The translations under genes were made by a program, and so were the position numbers. From Candidatus Ozemobacteraceae bacterium (GTDB taxonomy: Bacteria; Muiribacteriota; Ozemobacteria; Ozemobacterales; Ozemobacteraceae): a DNA stretch of 64,000 nt. This document shows, one piece after another, positions 20,324 to 32,459 of the stretch. The notes beneath the pieces are model-generated. The model worked only from the letters and a program-made list of their open reading frames with translations. It was not told the DNA's origin and searched no databases. The DNA is taken from the NCBI GenBank assembly GCA_965140445.1, contig OZ223236.1, positions 5,142,295 through 5,206,294 on the forward strand, in the 5' to 3' direction. How positions within the stretch are numbered: the first letter of the stretch is position 1; every line of letters starts with the position of its first letter.

Positions 20324-22597
20324 ATGAAGCTAACAAAGTTTCGCCTGATCATAGGGCTGCTGTTTTTATTCTTATTGGCAGGAATAGTTGCTGAAAAAAT
20401 CGTCAGCAACTATTCCGATGGTTCAATAGCTGCTCCAGACGTTACTTATCTTTTCTTCTTAATCGGCATGGTCCTCCTGTTGATTCGCTTAGAGCTATAT
20501 TCCTACGCTCTGGTTTCCGTTTACGGGGCTTCTATTTTTTTCTGCTTCCTGTATTTTTTTATTGCCCCATATGAGGCTCCAATAGCAATATCCCTCTTCT
20601 TCTTTCCAGCGATGCTCTGGCAAAGAAAAAAAATTAGTTTTCCAATAGTTTGCCTTCTTGGGGCAATAATAGTTTTCGTTTGCTGGAAAATTCTTGGAAG
20701 GCCAATCATTTTGGCTCTGCTTTTCCCTGCAAGCCATCTCCTGGCCATTCGTTTATCACCAGAAGTTTCCACGCGACATTCATCTGAATCCATTGAAAAA
20801 AAGAACAAGTTAAGCCTAAAGCAAAAGCATCAACGAAAGTTCTCTCAAAAGCATTTTGCGGGTAATTTTTTAACATCTGTTATCAATGAAATTGAAGAGT
20901 TCCCAGATAGAATAAAGGATTTTTGGGGTGACCATTTTCATGAAGGACCAATAAAACATCAGGGTAAAAACAGTGTCCTGGACCTGGACTTAATAAGACT
21001 ACAAGATTCCAAAATTATGTCTCAGGCCTTAACAGATCTAAAGAAAAGAGATAACGCTTTTGAAGATGATGAATTTATAGAAAGAATAGAAAAAGTTTTC
21101 TGGAAAGTTCAAGAGGCCTGGTATTCACAAAATATAGCCATTATACAGCCTTTTATTTCGGATGCTTTGTTCGAGCAATTCGAGCACCAGATAAAAGATC
21201 AGAAAGAAGCTGGAATTAAGTATTCGATGAATAACATGAGAATTTATGAAACAAGAATTGTCCAGGTTAATTCAGACCAAAATTTCGATGTAATTAATGT
21301 TTTTGTTAGAGCTTCTTCAGCTGATTCAATGCTAGATATCCAAACTGGTGAAATTTTGGGAGAAAACCAGGAAACGCGTAAATTCTGCGAATATTGGACT
21401 TTTATACGAAAACCATCCGCAAAAACTCTAAAAAAGCCAGGCCTACTAGAATGTTCCTGTCCAAATTGTTCTATCCCATTAAAAATAGGTCAAGCAACAA
21501 TTTGTAATGCTTGCCAATCTTTTATCAGATCAGGAGAGTATGACTGGGTTTTAGCAAAAATAACACAAGCTTGCGAATGGGAGTATTTCGAGCCAAGCCT
21601 GATACCAGATTGGAAACAAATGCTAAAAATCGATCCAAATTTTACCAGCCATCAAATTGAAGATAGGTCTGCAGTGATATTTTGGGCTCTTCGAATGTCA
21701 GAAAGATTGGGTAGCGTAGATCCAGCACGAAGATTTTCTACTGAAGCTCTTTGTACAACACTTTTCACCCACAGAGAGACAACTTCTTCTCTGGGGTGGG
21801 ATATAATGGAAAACCTTAATTTGGCTTCAACAAGTTTACAGGGATTCAAACTGGGAAATTTTAAAGACAGAGCATTCATGCTCATAGTTTGGAGCGGAAT
21901 ACCCCTTAAAAAAGACAGTAATGGAAAAGTAGTAACAGAAAAAAGAGTTAATCGTGTTGTAAAAGACGTTTATGTCTTAACACGAAACCACGGATCAAAA
22001 ACCAACCTGGAGACAACTCTAACAAGCTCTCATTGTCCCAATTGTGGTGGAGCTTTATCCTCCAGCTTTGCTATTTCCTGCAAGTATTGCGATTCAATTT
22101 TAAATGAAGGAAACAATAATTGGATTTTGGAGAAAGTTGTTAATGAAAATGATCCAGATTACCTAAAAATTTTAAATGCTAAAGCAGAAATAGCGCAAAA
22201 GCATAACTCTGAACCACAAAATTGCTCTGCGCGGGATTTAATTACCATAATGGCACAAATACTACTTGCAGATGGAAAAGTCGCCGTAGAAGAGTTTTCC
22301 CTGCTGGAAAAAATAGCCGCCCAATATGACATGGATGAGTCAGAAATAAACTCTATAATTTATTCATTAAATGCAGGGCAAGTTTACATACCGGCGCCAT
22401 CGAACTCTAAAGAAGCCTGGAATCTTTTATCTCATGCGGTAAAAATGGCTCTATGCGATGGCTTCATTGATGAAAAAGAGTTAAAATGCCTTGCAGTTCT
22501 TGCTAAAAGAATCGGTTACTCGAATGCCGATCTTCAAAGAGCGATAAGAATTGAAGAAAGTAAGCGAAGCTTCGAAGAACAAGAAAATTCTCACTAA
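20324..22597 (+). CDS. Membrane protein with TIM44-like domains, zinc ribbons and TerB-like C-terminus
   Basis: TMs; F.ER.EKVF.KVQ.AW and F.EYWTF.R (Tim44); CPNC...CxxC twice; LADG...EE and LCDG...KE (TerB-like). Confidence 0.75.
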   Translation: MKLTKFRLIIGLLFLFLLAGIVAEKIVSNYSDGSIAAPDVTYLFFLIGMVLLLIRLELYSYALVSVYGASIFFCFLYFFIAPYEAPIAISLFFFPAMLWQRKKISFPIVCLLGAIIVFVCWKILGRPIILALLFPASHLLAIRLSPEVSTRHSSESIEKKNKLSLKQKHQRKFSQKHFAGNFLTSVINEIEEFPDRIKDFWGDHFHEGPIKHQGKNSVLDLDLIRLQDSKIMSQALTDLKKRDNAFEDDEFIERIEKVFWKVQEAWYSQNIAIIQPFISDALFEQFEHQIKDQKEAGIKYSMNNMRIYETRIVQVNSDQNFDVINVFVRASSADSMLDIQTGEILGENQETRKFCEYWTFIRKPSAKTLKKPGLLECSCPNCSIPLKIGQATICNACQSFIRSGEYDWVLAKITQACEWEYFEPSLIPDWKQMLKIDPNFTSHQIEDRSAVIFWALRMSERLGSVDPARRFSTEALCTTLFTHRETTSSLGWDIMENLNLASTSLQGFKLGNFKDRAFMLIVWSGIPLKKDSNGKVVTEKRVNRVVKDVYVLTRNHGSKTNLETTLTSSHCPNCGGALSSSFAISCKYCDSILNEGNNNWILEKVVNENDPDYLKILNAKAEIAQKHNSEPQNCSARDLITIMAQILLADGKVAVEEFSLLEKIAAQYDMDESEINSIIYSLNAGQVYIPAPSNSKEAWNLLSHAVKMALCDGFIDEKELKCLAVLAKRIGYSNADLQRAIRIEESKRSFEEQENSH

Positions 22598-22750
22598 AAC
22601 GCTTAACAGATCAACCCAGTGAAAGATATTTAATCTTTTTTGTTTTAAAACGCCCTTTTATGGCTAAATTTGGCAAAAACCCCATTTGGCATCCATTTAT
22701 TATTTCTTAAACCAGGAAGATACTATTTCCTCTTAAATACGAATAAATGA

Positions 22751-23335
22751 ATGGTGTATTTTCTGGTAACCACATATCAAAAAGTCCAAAAGATTGAATC
22801 ACTTTATAAAGCAATAGATAAAGAGATCAAAAACTTCAAACAAGAGCTGGGTATCGAATGCAAAACCCACTGCTCAAAATGCTGCGAATATGACGACATT
22901 CAGGCAAACCCTTTAGAATTTATCCCTTTTGCATATCATGCTCACCGGCTTGGGCAACTGGATGAATGGTTTGATAAAATTGAAGCACATGATAGCAAAA
23001 AATGCATTTTTCATGTGCAGGAAAATGGAAAATGGGGATGTAAAATCTACCCTGTAAGAGGTTTGATTTGCAGAATTTTCGGTTTTTCAGCAACAACCAG
23101 TAAAACAGGAGCTCCTCAGCTAGCTTCTTGCAATATCATAAAAGGACTTCAACCTGATCATGGTGCAAGATTCGATTCTCTAATCAAAAGAAGTAAAAAA
23201 ATCCCCACAATAAGTTCTCTTTATAAGCGTCTTGAAGCTATAGATCCGACTTCAGGCAACGCTTGTCTCCCAATAAACAAAGCAATCCAGAAATCTCTGG
23301 AAAAAGTTTACTTTTACTTCTCACTAAAGTCCTGA
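22751..23335 (+). CDS. YkgJ-family cysteine-cluster protein (CxxCxxCC)
   Basis: CKTHCSKCC ... CIF ... CKIYPVRGLICRIFG. Confidence 0.85.
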   Translation: MVYFLVTTYQKVQKIESLYKAIDKEIKNFKQELGIECKTHCSKCCEYDDIQANPLEFIPFAYHAHRLGQLDEWFDKIEAHDSKKCIFHVQENGKWGCKIYPVRGLICRIFGFSATTSKTGAPQLASCNIIKGLQPDHGARFDSLIKRSKKIPTISSLYKRLEAIDPTSGNACLPINKAIQKSLEKVYFYFSLKS

Positions 23336-23343
23336 TAACGGGT

Positions 23344-23751
23344 TCAACTATCCTCTGAGATCAATTTTAGCTTCACTAACTCTTTAACAAATTTACTCTT
23401 GTCAATTGGTTTTACAAGATAAGAATCGCATAAACCATAAAACGCCTTATTAATATTGCTTAAGTCGCCTAAGGCTGTTGTCATAATGATCTTGGCTCCG
23501 CCATTTGTAGAAAACAGCCCTCTGGACTCTTCTTGTTCTCTAATCTTTGTTAAAGCTTCTTGTCCGTCCATTTGAGGCATCATAATATCAAGACAAATCA
23601 AATCGTATGGCTCCAACTCATTTAATGCATTTTTAACTGCGCTTAAAGCTTCCTTGCCATTTACAGCAACATGGGATGGCCCATACTTTTTTAAAATTTC
23701 CTGAAGAACCATTCGGCAAGTGAAATCATCTTCAACTATTAAAGTTTTCAT
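23344..23751 (-). CDS. Single-domain response regulator (CheY-like)
   Basis: IVEDD, CLDIMMPQMDG, TAL, YLVKP; SD GGAGG. Confidence 0.92.
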   Translation of the reverse strand: MKTLIVEDDFTCRMVLQEILKKYGPSHVAVNGKEALSAVKNALNELEPYDLICLDIMMPQMDGQEALTKIREQEESRGLFSTNGGAKIIMTTALGDLSNINKAFYGLCDSYLVKPIDKSKFVKELVKLKLISEDS

Positions 23752-23769
23752 CGTTCCTCCTAAAGACTT

Positions 23770-26700
23770 CTACTCGATCCAATCCAGCATAGCGTTTTTT
23801 AACTCTGTGTAGGAGTTTTCAAGCTCCTTAGCAAGCTCTTTGGCTAAGGCCAAATTTCCTGATTTTGCCGCTCTTTCAATATCAAAAGCGAGTTTTCTTA
23901 ATCCTTCTCCCCCAACGTTAGACGAAGCTCCTTTTATACTGTGAGCGATAAGAGCAACTTCTTTAACATTTTCATCATTTAAAGATCGATTCAATTCTAC
24001 GACTTGTGCAGGCGTATCTTCAAGAAAGCAGCGAACAATAGATTCAGCTAACTCTCTATCCCCCATCATTCGCCCCATTAAAGTACTAACATCAAAACAG
24101 TCAGAATTAATATCCGATCCATCCACTTTTTTCCTCCCTTCGGACAGCTTTTTTGCATCAATTTCAGCGCTATCTTCTTTTTGTTTAAGTCCTTTCTTAA
24201 GCCAAAATTTTATCTTCTCAAGAAGTTGCAAAGGATTTATAGGCTTTGAAAGGTAGTCATTGGTGCCAGCATCAATACACCTTTCTCTATCACCTTGTAA
24301 AGCATGAGCAGTCAAGGCTACAATCGGAATTTTACTGTTTTCGACCCCCGCACCCCCATTTCGAATAATTCTGGTAGCCTCAAGGCCGTCCATTTCTGGC
24401 ATCTGAATATCCATTAAAATCAAATCATACTTAAAAACCTTCAGTGCCTTCAAAACTTCTGATCCATTTACAACTGGATCAGTATTCAGCCCCATTTTAT
24501 TTAGAATCCCCATAGCAACCTGTTGATTGGTTATATTATCCTCTGCGAGCAGAATCCTGCTCTTTGAAAATTCTTTTAGTCCTTCTTGTTTAAAGGAAGT
24601 TTGAACTTCTACAGCGCCCGATATTGCTTTGCGCTTTCCGTTAAGTATATCTAAGATTTCAGACTCTCGAAGAGGTTTCTGAACGAATCCACTAAAGCCA
24701 CAGCTAATTAGGCGCTTTTTATCTACTCTTTGTCTCAAAGTAGAAGTTAAAATCAAGTTCATTTTTGACAACTTTTCATCGGACTTGATCGCTTGCCCTA
24801 AAGCCATACCATCCATACGAGGAAGATAAATATCAATAAATGCAAATTGTGCAGGTGTACCTTCTGCTGCTATTTCTGAAACAACTTTTAATGCTTGTAT
24901 TGAATCAGAAACCGGAATTGTTTTTACTCCAAGAAATTTCAAAAGAGAGTCTGTCTCAAGAAGGCTATCAGGATTTCCATCAACAATTAATACAGAAATA
25001 TCTTCAAAAGTTTCCTTTGAGTGGCTAGAAACAATAGATTCTTCTTCAGGAAGCTGCAACCTTAGTGAAAACCAAAATTTTGAGCCAACTCCAATATCGC
25101 TGGAAACTCCAATGCTACCCCCCATTAAATCAACCAACTGCTTACATATAGCCAGACCTAGTCCTGTACCACCAAATTTTCTGGTTGAAGATGGGTCGAC
25201 CTGAGAAAACTTGCTGAATAAAAGTTTTTGATCATCTTCTGAAATACCGATTCCCGTGTCTTCAATAAAAGCACACAGAGTAACTTCGTTTTCTCCAGAG
25301 GCTTCAGTGGCAATGCGAACTACGACCTTCCCTTCATCTGTAAATTTAATAGCATTGCCGACTAGATTAATTAAAACCTGTCTGATTCTATTTGGATCTC
25401 CAATTACAAACCTTGGCACGTCAGGATTGATAATATTTACCAGATCAAGCTTCTTCTCTGTGGCGTTTACAGCCATCATGGTAGCTAAATTCTCGAAAAT
25501 GTCTCGTAAATCAAATTTTTCAATGTGAAGCTCAAGCTTTCCAGCCTCAATCTTAGAAAAGTCCAAAATATCGTTAATAAGTGACAATAATGATTCGCCA
25601 CTATTTTTTACAGTTACCGCATACCGTCTTTGTTCATCGTCTAATTCAGTGTCCAACAATAGGCTTGTCATACCAATAACGCCATTCATAGGCGTCCGAA
25701 TCTCATGGCTCATATTAGCCAGGAATTCACTCTTTGCTGTATTAGCACTTTCTGCTGACAAGGCCATTTCTCTGGCTTTAGCGTTTGCATTTTCCAAATC
25801 AAAATTTAGTTCGCTCAAAAACCTTAAAGCCTCTTTTAACTGCTCTTTCGCAATTTCCTGCTCAGTTACATCAGTCATTACAGTTAGCAACAAAGTCTCT
25901 TGTTGGTTTTCAACAATTACTGCGGATACCAAACCATTTAGTATTGATCCACTTTTGGTTTTAACCTGAACTTCTTTGTTTCTAATACTTCCAGATGACA
26001 GCAATTCTTCAGCAAGCTCAAACTGGCGGTCAAAGGCAGAGAATATTGGAATTTGCTTTATATTTCTTCCAATAACTTCATCGCGAGAATACCCCATTTT
26101 ATTTAAAAACGCCTGATTAACTTCAACGAATCTACTTTCTGTTCCTTTGATTGCACTTACTGTCATCAACGAAGGATTACTATCAAACATTTGTTGGAAT
26201 TTCTGCAATGCCTCCCTTAAGGGAGTGATATCTTTTGTAACAGCATACAGACAGTCACTACCATTCCATTTACCAGACCAAAGCCTTGTCTCAACATCAA
26301 GGCTGTTTCCAGAAGCTCTGAGCAATGGAATATTGCAAACTTCCTTATTTCCACTTAAAATTGCCGCAAAATCATTTCCAGCTTCTGAACGATTTTCATC
26401 AGCAAAAAGATCCTTTAGCGACATCTTCAGCAAGTCTTCCAGTTGATAGCCAAGCTTTTCTATACCAGCCTGGTTGGCAAAAACAATCTTTTCCTGCCTT
26501 GTGGCAACAAAAACCATATCTTCGGTAGTTTCAAAGAAAGTTCTGAAATTGTCTTCACTTTCCTGTAATCGAATCTGAGATTCAACCTGATCTGTAACAT
26601 CCATGTTTGCACCAGTTAAACTTAAAGCTTTCCCATTTTCATCAAATTCAACCAATGCAAAGGCTTTTATATAACGAATTTCTCCTGTTGGGCGCATTAT

Positions 26701-29700
26701 TTTAAACTCTGTCTCAATTCGTCTTTCAACCTTTTCTTCGGAACTGAATTCGCTTATTTTCTTTGTGTAATCCAGGTACAACCCAAGCTGCCAGCTCTCA
26801 AATTCGGTAGTATAATCCTCTCGGGTTATACCGTAGAAATCCAGCATTCTATCGTCCCAATACATCTTGTTTTGAGGAATATCTATTTCCCAGATACCAA
26901 TTTGGGCAGAATCTGTTGCTAATTGAATTCTTCTGGTTAGCTCATTAAATTTCTCTTGTGCTCTCTTTTTCTGGTCAATATCAGAATGGGTTCCAACCAT
27001 CCTTAAAGGACTCCCATCTTTTGTCCTTTCAACAATTGCTCCAACCGCTCGAATCCAAACCCAATTACTATTTTTGTGCTTCATTCTAAAGTCAACTTCA
27101 TACTCAAAAGACTCAGATTCAATATGCTTTTGTAATATTTCTTCAATATTTGATATATCTTCAGGATGAACTTTTTCTTTAAACAAATTAAAATTTAATG
27201 AAGAAAAATCTTCTATAGAATATCCAATAATTTCAGCCCAACGCGAATTCACAAAAATTTCGTCAGTTGAAATATCCCAATCCCAAAAACCTGCGTTGGT
27301 TCCTTTGATAACGAGGTCTAACCGCTTTCTTTCTCCTTCTAATTCAATTGCCTGCTGTCGTGATTCGGTAATATCAACCAGATAACCAAGATATTGAATT
27401 GGTTTTCCATCATCGTCTCTTACAACTGTTGTATAATCTGAAATCCAAACGGAATCCCCATTTTTCTTAAGCAGTCTATATGGAGAATGTTCAAAGTGGC
27501 TTTTTCCCATTTCTGTATATTCAGCCACTTCTTTAGTTATTTTCTTTAAATCTTCGGGATGAATCATTTCTGGATAAATCGGATTACCGCTCAAAAGTTC
27601 CTCTGATGTATATCCAAGTATGTCCTTAACATTTGGAGAAGCATACTCTATTGGCCAACCAATAGTTGCGCTCCACCTGAAAACCATAGTTGGCCCAGCT
27701 AAGAAAAGGTCTCTCTCATCTCTTAGAATTCTCTGTAGGTCAATTAACTGACTGATATCCACAAAAGATTCCAGCAAGCACTCTTTTCCCTCAAGCTTAA
27801 TTGGAACAACAGTTTTCAAGATAGGTAATCTATCACCGTTCTTCCTAATCAAAATTCTCTCAGAATTATCTACAATCTGTCCTAAATCCAAAGCGGGACA
27901 GCTATTCCTTTCCGCAGGACAAACAAAGCAATGACAAACCCTTCCTATAATTTCGCTTCTGGCCGCTCCAATCATTTTACAAGCAGCAGGATTCGCATTT
28001 AAAACAATCCTGGTTTCACAATCCACAAGCATTACACCACTTTGGATTGAGTCTAAAATCCTTTCTGTCTCCAGCTTGCTCTGAGTAAGAATATGCTCTA
28101 CCCTCTTTTGCTTTGTTATGTTTAAAAACGCAGTGGCAAAGCCATCTTCGCCAAAAGGGAAAGCATTAATCAAAAAATGCCGATCAAGATCCTTAGAATA
28201 GTGCTCAAAAGTAAAACTCTTTCCAGATTCAGCAACCTTTGCGTAAATATTTATCAAAGGCGTTTTACTTATTCCCGGGATAACTTCAGTAACTTTCTTT
28301 CCAATTACTTCATTTAAACCTGTCAACTCCAAAAAAGCAGGATTACAGTTTACAAAGACATAGTCAATCGGCTGCTTTTCTTCATTATATAGAACCTTAT
28401 GAATAGCAATTCCTGTAAGATTTGTTTCAAACAGCTCCCGAAATTTATTTTCTCGAATTTCCAACTCTTGCCTGGATTCATTATGAGAACGCGCGAGCAA
28501 CCAGCCAAGAAAGATTAATGCTAACGCCTCAAAAATCATCATAAGAAGAAAAAAGCTCGCAGTTATTCGATGATCCCAGAACCAATTCTTTGGAACGTTA
28601 ATAAATGATGTGTTTTCTGGTACAAATGAAAAATTAATCCCCAATTTTTTCATCGCATCAAAATCTAGTACTTTTACATTTGGACTGTTGGTAACAATTG
28701 GAATAGAAGAGATTTTTTCCCCAGACAGAACTCGAATTGCAAGTTGAGCAGCCAACTGCCCCTGCATCTTGCCACTTGCAACATCTCCTCCCAACACACC
28801 AGTATTCAGGTAAAAATCCCATAAACTGTAAACTGGAGATTTGGTAGCTTTAGAAATAAATTTTCCGCTTTCCTCATAGGAGAAAAAATTTCCATCAGGA
28901 TCATTGTTATACAGTATTAACAATACCGATTCCTGCAAAGAATCTATTTTGCTTAATTTATTAAGCAACTCATTCTTCGGTAGAGAAACCCAATACTCAA
29001 ATTTTACTCCTTCTCTAAATTCGCCAAAAATTCTTTTAGACACATCCAACTCAGCTTGTCCCGTAGAAGTGTTATCAGTAACAATCACACACTTTTTCAA
29101 ATTTGGCTGCAACGATTTCATCAACAAAAAAGTTTTATACGGATCTGTCTTTTCTACAACACCTGATGTCAACTCTGGAATCTTCAACATTGATTCAGAA
29201 AAATTATTGACCCCACAAAAAATAACAGGAATACCTGCAAAAATCTCCTGTCCTTGATTTTGAATGAATTCAAAAGCGTTGTTATCGCTAACAATTATTA
29301 TGTCAGGTCTTGCTGCTGAAAATTTATCTCTTAAAAAGTCTAAAAATTGACCTGATATTGATTTAAATTTAACTCGCTTTGAGTCTAAATATTCAGTAAA
29401 TATCTGGCAATTTTCAATTTGAGAAAAGCTCTCCTCAATCTGGGTTGTAATTGCGTCTGTCCAACTTAAGCCCTGGTGATATGAGTTAATGAGCAGAATT
29501 CTCTTTGTTTCACTTCCCACACCAATATCCGAGGGATTTTTAACTATTTTTGGCAATTTAACCTTATAAACAGGAAACTGTTTTTCGTTTCCACTGTTTA
29601 TTTCGAGTCCAGACCAACCAACTCTCAAGGCAATAAAGACAAAAATAGCTGCTAAAAAAATCTTAAAGAAAAACAGCCTTTTTAAAATGACTCGATGTAC

Positions 29701-29703
29701 CAC
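23770..29703 (-). CDS. Large multisensor hybrid histidine kinase (ABC-substrate-binding-like domain, multiple PAS, HisKA, HATPase, 2 REC, HPt)
   Basis: [12 protein letters not shown] (ABC_sub_bind-like); many PAS/PAC repeats; [22 protein letters not shown]; two receivers; AHSIKGAS (HPt). Confidence 0.93.
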   Translation of the reverse strand: MVHRVILKRLFFFKIFLAAIFVFIALRVGWSGLEINSGNEKQFPVYKVKLPKIVKNPSDIGVGSETKRILLINSYHQGLSWTDAITTQIEESFSQIENCQIFTEYLDSKRVKFKSISGQFLDFLRDKFSAARPDIIIVSDNNAFEFIQNQGQEIFAGIPVIFCGVNNFSESMLKIPELTSGVVEKTDPYKTFLLMKSLQPNLKKCVIVTDNTSTGQAELDVSKRIFGEFREGVKFEYWVSLPKNELLNKLSKIDSLQESVLLILYNNDPDGNFFSYEESGKFISKATKSPVYSLWDFYLNTGVLGGDVASGKMQGQLAAQLAIRVLSGEKISSIPIVTNSPNVKVLDFDAMKKLGINFSFVPENTSFINVPKNWFWDHRITASFFLLMMIFEALALIFLGWLLARSHNESRQELEIRENKFRELFETNLTGIAIHKVLYNEEKQPIDYVFVNCNPAFLELTGLNEVIGKKVTEVIPGISKTPLINIYAKVAESGKSFTFEHYSKDLDRHFLINAFPFGEDGFATAFLNITKQKRVEHILTQSKLETERILDSIQSGVMLVDCETRIVLNANPAACKMIGAARSEIIGRVCHCFVCPAERNSCPALDLGQIVDNSERILIRKNGDRLPILKTVVPIKLEGKECLLESFVDISQLIDLQRILRDERDLFLAGPTMVFRWSATIGWPIEYASPNVKDILGYTSEELLSGNPIYPEMIHPEDLKKITKEVAEYTEMGKSHFEHSPYRLLKKNGDSVWISDYTTVVRDDDGKPIQYLGYLVDITESRQQAIELEGERKRLDLVIKGTNAGFWDWDISTDEIFVNSRWAEIIGYSIEDFSSLNFNLFKEKVHPEDISNIEEILQKHIESESFEYEVDFRMKHKNSNWVWIRAVGAIVERTKDGSPLRMVGTHSDIDQKKRAQEKFNELTRRIQLATDSAQIGIWEIDIPQNKMYWDDRMLDFYGITREDYTTEFESWQLGLYLDYTKKISEFSSEEKVERRIETEFKIMRPTGEIRYIKAFALVEFDENGKALSLTGANMDVTDQVESQIRLQESEDNFRTFFETTEDMVFVATRQEKIVFANQAGIEKLGYQLEDLLKMSLKDLFADENRSEAGNDFAAILSGNKEVCNIPLLRASGNSLDVETRLWSGKWNGSDCLYAVTKDITPLREALQKFQQMFDSNPSLMTVSAIKGTESRFVEVNQAFLNKMGYSRDEVIGRNIKQIPIFSAFDRQFELAEELLSSGSIRNKEVQVKTKSGSILNGLVSAVIVENQQETLLLTVMTDVTEQEIAKEQLKEALRFLSELNFDLENANAKAREMALSAESANTAKSEFLANMSHEIRTPMNGVIGMTSLLLDTELDDEQRRYAVTVKNSGESLLSLINDILDFSKIEAGKLELHIEKFDLRDIFENLATMMAVNATEKKLDLVNIINPDVPRFVIGDPNRIRQVLINLVGNAIKFTDEGKVVVRIATEASGENEVTLCAFIEDTGIGISEDDQKLLFSKFSQVDPSSTRKFGGTGLGLAICKQLVDLMGGSIGVSSDIGVGSKFWFSLRLQLPEEESIVSSHSKETFEDISVLIVDGNPDSLLETDSLLKFLGVKTIPVSDSIQALKVVSEIAAEGTPAQFAFIDIYLPRMDGMALGQAIKSDEKLSKMNLILTSTLRQRVDKKRLISCGFSGFVQKPLRESEILDILNGKRKAISGAVEVQTSFKQEGLKEFSKSRILLAEDNITNQQVAMGILNKMGLNTDPVVNGSEVLKALKVFKYDLILMDIQMPEMDGLEATRIIRNGGAGVENSKIPIVALTAHALQGDRERCIDAGTNDYLSKPINPLQLLEKIKFWLKKGLKQKEDSAEIDAKKLSEGRKKVDGSDINSDCFDVSTLMGRMMGDRELAESIVRCFLEDTPAQVVELNRSLNDENVKEVALIAHSIKGASSNVGGEGLRKLAFDIERAAKSGNLALAKELAKELENSYTELKNAMLDWIE

Positions 29704-29832
29704 CTAAACCACCTTGTATAATCTAAACTCTGTAAATTTTATGTCCCCGCTGTTAATGATCTAATTTTTCAGCTCACATTTAATTTTACCATTAAAATTC
29801 CAACCCTCCAACTTGGTTCACTTTTATTTTGC

Positions 29833-29874
29833 AAATAAAAAGCAGCGACAAAGATTTACTTCTCATCGCTGCTT
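29833..29874 (-). terminator. Terminator of the glutamate/methylaspartate operon
   Basis: AAGCAGCGA (29840-29848) / TCGCTGCTT (29866-29874), with a T-rich tail on the minus strand. Confidence 0.7.
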
Positions 29875-29894
29875 ATAAATTGCAAAATAACTTT

Positions 29895-31484
29895 CTAATA
29901 CAAAGTTTTTCCCTCTGCATTTGAAATAATAAAAGCCGGAAGATTCTCAACTTCAATTTTCCTAATGGCTTCCATTCCAAGTTCAGGAAAAGCAATAACT
30001 TCGCTTGATCGAATGTTTTCTCTGGCTAGAAGTGCCGCTGCGCCGCCTATAGTCCCTAAATATGTTCCACCGTATTTACCACAGGCAAGAGCAACCTCCG
30101 GCGACCTGTTTCCTTTGGCAAGCATGACCATCGAAGCTCCGTTTCTCATAAATTCATCAACGTAGCCATCCATACGTTGGGCAGTGGTAGGGCCAAAGCT
30201 TCCTATAGCCATACCCTCTGGTGTTTTAGCCGGGCCTGCATAATAAACCGGATGGTTTTTAAAGTATTCTGGAAATTCTCCGGTTTCCTTAAAGTGTTCC
30301 TGAAGCTTTGCATGAGCAATATCTCGTGCAACAACCATAGGCCCGCTTAATAAAACCAAGTCGCCAGGATTTTTCTTTTCAAGGAGTTTTAAAATTTCTT
30401 TCATGGGAAGATTTAAATCTATCTTACTCACTCCCGACTTTTCAATTCCAACAAGACTATCAGAATATTTTCCAGGGTTTCTTTCGACCTTTTCAAGAAA
30501 TGCACCCTCAGAAGTAATTTTTGCAAGAATATTACGATGAGCACTACAGGAAACGCCAATTGAGATAGGACAAGACCCCGCATGTCTGGGGAGTCTGATA
30601 ACCCTGGAGTCAAGTGCGAGCCATTTTCCACCAAACTGTGCTCCCAAACCCAGCTCTGTAGCAATATTTTGAACTCGACTCTCCCAATGAGCGTCTCTGA
30701 ATGGTCTACCTTTTTCATCACCAGACTCGGGAAGATGGTCTAGTGCGCCTGCAGTAGCTAACTTCAATGTTTTGAGATTAGCTTCAGGGGACGTTCCACC
30801 AACAACTATTGCCAAATGATATGGCGGGCAAGCTGCAACTCCAAGGCCAGCAATTTTTTCTCGTAAAAAATCTTCAAGTTTATCATCAGCTAACATTGCC
30901 TTTGATGCTTGAAACAAGCCAGTCTTATTTGATGAGCCTCCACCTTTGGCCATAAAAAGAAAATGGTATTCTTCCCCTGGAGCAAAGCCAATATCTATTT
31001 GCGCTGGAAGGTTGTTTCCTGTATTTTTTTCGCTAAACATTGTCTGAGGTATTATCTGCGAATAACGTAAATTATTGTTTTTATAAACTCTTTCAATGCC
31101 CTTTACCAGGAACTCTTCGTCATTTACACCTGTAAATACCATTTCACCGCGCTTTGCCACAACCGAAGCCGTTCCGGTATCCTGACACAGAGGCAAAAAA
31201 CCTTCCGAAGCAATAATGGCATTCTTTAGCAAATTTCCAACTACAAATCTCTCATTTTCGCTGGTGTCTTGATCGTTAAGAATGGCGATCCACTGCTTTA
31301 AATGGCTTTCCCTTAGATAAAACGAAGCATCGTGAAAAGCTTCATAAGCCAGCTTTTCAAGGACTTCGGGAGCAATTTTTACAAATGTTTTATCTCCAAG
31401 CTTTTCTGACGTAACTCCTTCTGAAGTTACTAAGCGAAATTCAGCATCAATCGGTGAGAAAGGCGCGCATGACTTCTTATTCAT
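29895..31484 (-). CDS. Class I fumarate hydratase (FumA-type, fused alpha/beta); probable mesaconase
   Basis: PLCQDTG, NTGNNLPAQ, KGGGSSN, AACPPY, SCSAHR, ARDIAH, GPTTAQRM, AKGNR; start ATG 31484. Confidence 0.9.
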   Translation of the reverse strand: MNKKSCAPFSPIDAEFRLVTSEGVTSEKLGDKTFVKIAPEVLEKLAYEAFHDASFYLRESHLKQWIAILNDQDTSENERFVVGNLLKNAIIASEGFLPLCQDTGTASVVAKRGEMVFTGVNDEEFLVKGIERVYKNNNLRYSQIIPQTMFSEKNTGNNLPAQIDIGFAPGEEYHFLFMAKGGGSSNKTGLFQASKAMLADDKLEDFLREKIAGLGVAACPPYHLAIVVGGTSPEANLKTLKLATAGALDHLPESGDEKGRPFRDAHWESRVQNIATELGLGAQFGGKWLALDSRVIRLPRHAGSCPISIGVSCSAHRNILAKITSEGAFLEKVERNPGKYSDSLVGIEKSGVSKIDLNLPMKEILKLLEKKNPGDLVLLSGPMVVARDIAHAKLQEHFKETGEFPEYFKNHPVYYAGPAKTPEGMAIGSFGPTTAQRMDGYVDEFMRNGASMVMLAKGNRSPEVALACGKYGGTYLGTIGGAAALLARENIRSSEVIAFPELGMEAIRKIEVENLPAFIISNAEGKTLY

Positions 31485-32448
31485 CAATCTCACCTTCCTC
31501 CAGATCAGGCTGAAGATAACCAAGATTTTCAATTCCTACAGTTTCACGCTTTCCGACCATTCCAACAAGCAAATATACTTTGTTCAGCGGATCATAAATC
31601 ATCTTCTTCAACAAATGAAAATCTTCTATTTGCCCCGTAGATTTAACGTGAGTCCTTGTTCCAGTACAAAACATGGCTTTGTCACCAATCTTTATTTTCC
31701 GCTCCCCAGCAGGCCCAATCGGAACATTAGCAGCAATAACCGCTTTTACCTTCTTCTCAAGTTCAGGAATGTTTATTCCAGGGTCCTGGGAGAACTTAAT
31801 AACAAATCCATGCTTAACATCTGAGTGAAAAACCTGCTGTTGATAATTATAGTCTTCACTCAGAATAAAGGTTGTCAAATCCTCTGCTGAATGAGCCATT
31901 AATCTATATTTAATGGTTTTATCCACGACTTCTTTAATTGCAGACGGCGTAGGCCCAAACACTCCCGGTCGAGCTACAATAACCTCTTCCCCAATTCCAA
32001 ACAAGATATGAGCATTAAAACCAAGAGCATCATAGATCAGGTCAAAATGTTCTATTACCACACGTCTACCGGCATTTAGAACTCGCTTTACCGCTTCAAT
32101 AATTTCAAATTTCTGCTTAAAAGCCAGCTCATATCTTATATCCAGGTGAAACGTATGAGATGCAAAAAAATCATCCTCCTGAAAATCATACACTGGAGTA
32201 GGTCTAAGATTTACACCATCGTCATCATTTGTCAGCTCCAGCCCAGGGAAAAGGCCTTTAATGAGGGTCGATTTGCCTGAGCCTTCAGAGCCAATGATGC
32301 CAATCAATAGATCATTGGGATACAAATAGCGGCTGGACAGTTCTCCGGCCAGCATATACAGCCTCTGACGCCCACGAGGGGCGTAATAAGCTGAATAAAT
32401 CATGGTTTCAAAATTTGAAGAATTAAAGCTATAAGAAGCCTGTTTCAT
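31477..32448 (-). CDS. P-loop NTPase fused to an AlaRS/ThrRS second-additional (editing-like) domain
   Basis: Walker A GSEGSGKST; VVIEH (Walker B-like); HSAEDL and CTGTRTHVKSTGQI resemble the HxxxH and CxGxH..TG.I motifs of tRNA_SAD/AlaX. Confidence 0.75.
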   Translation of the reverse strand: MKQASYSFNSSNFETMIYSAYYAPRGRQRLYMLAGELSSRYLYPNDLLIGIIGSEGSGKSTLIKGLFPGLELTNDDDGVNLRPTPVYDFQEDDFFASHTFHLDIRYELAFKQKFEIIEAVKRVLNAGRRVVIEHFDLIYDALGFNAHILFGIGEEVIVARPGVFGPTPSAIKEVVDKTIKYRLMAHSAEDLTTFILSEDYNYQQQVFHSDVKHGFVIKFSQDPGINIPELEKKVKAVIAANVPIGPAGERKIKIGDKAMFCTGTRTHVKSTGQIEDFHLLKKMIYDPLNKVYLLVGMVGKRETVGIENLGYLQPDLEEGEIDE

Positions 32449-32459
32449 CTGGTTACCGC

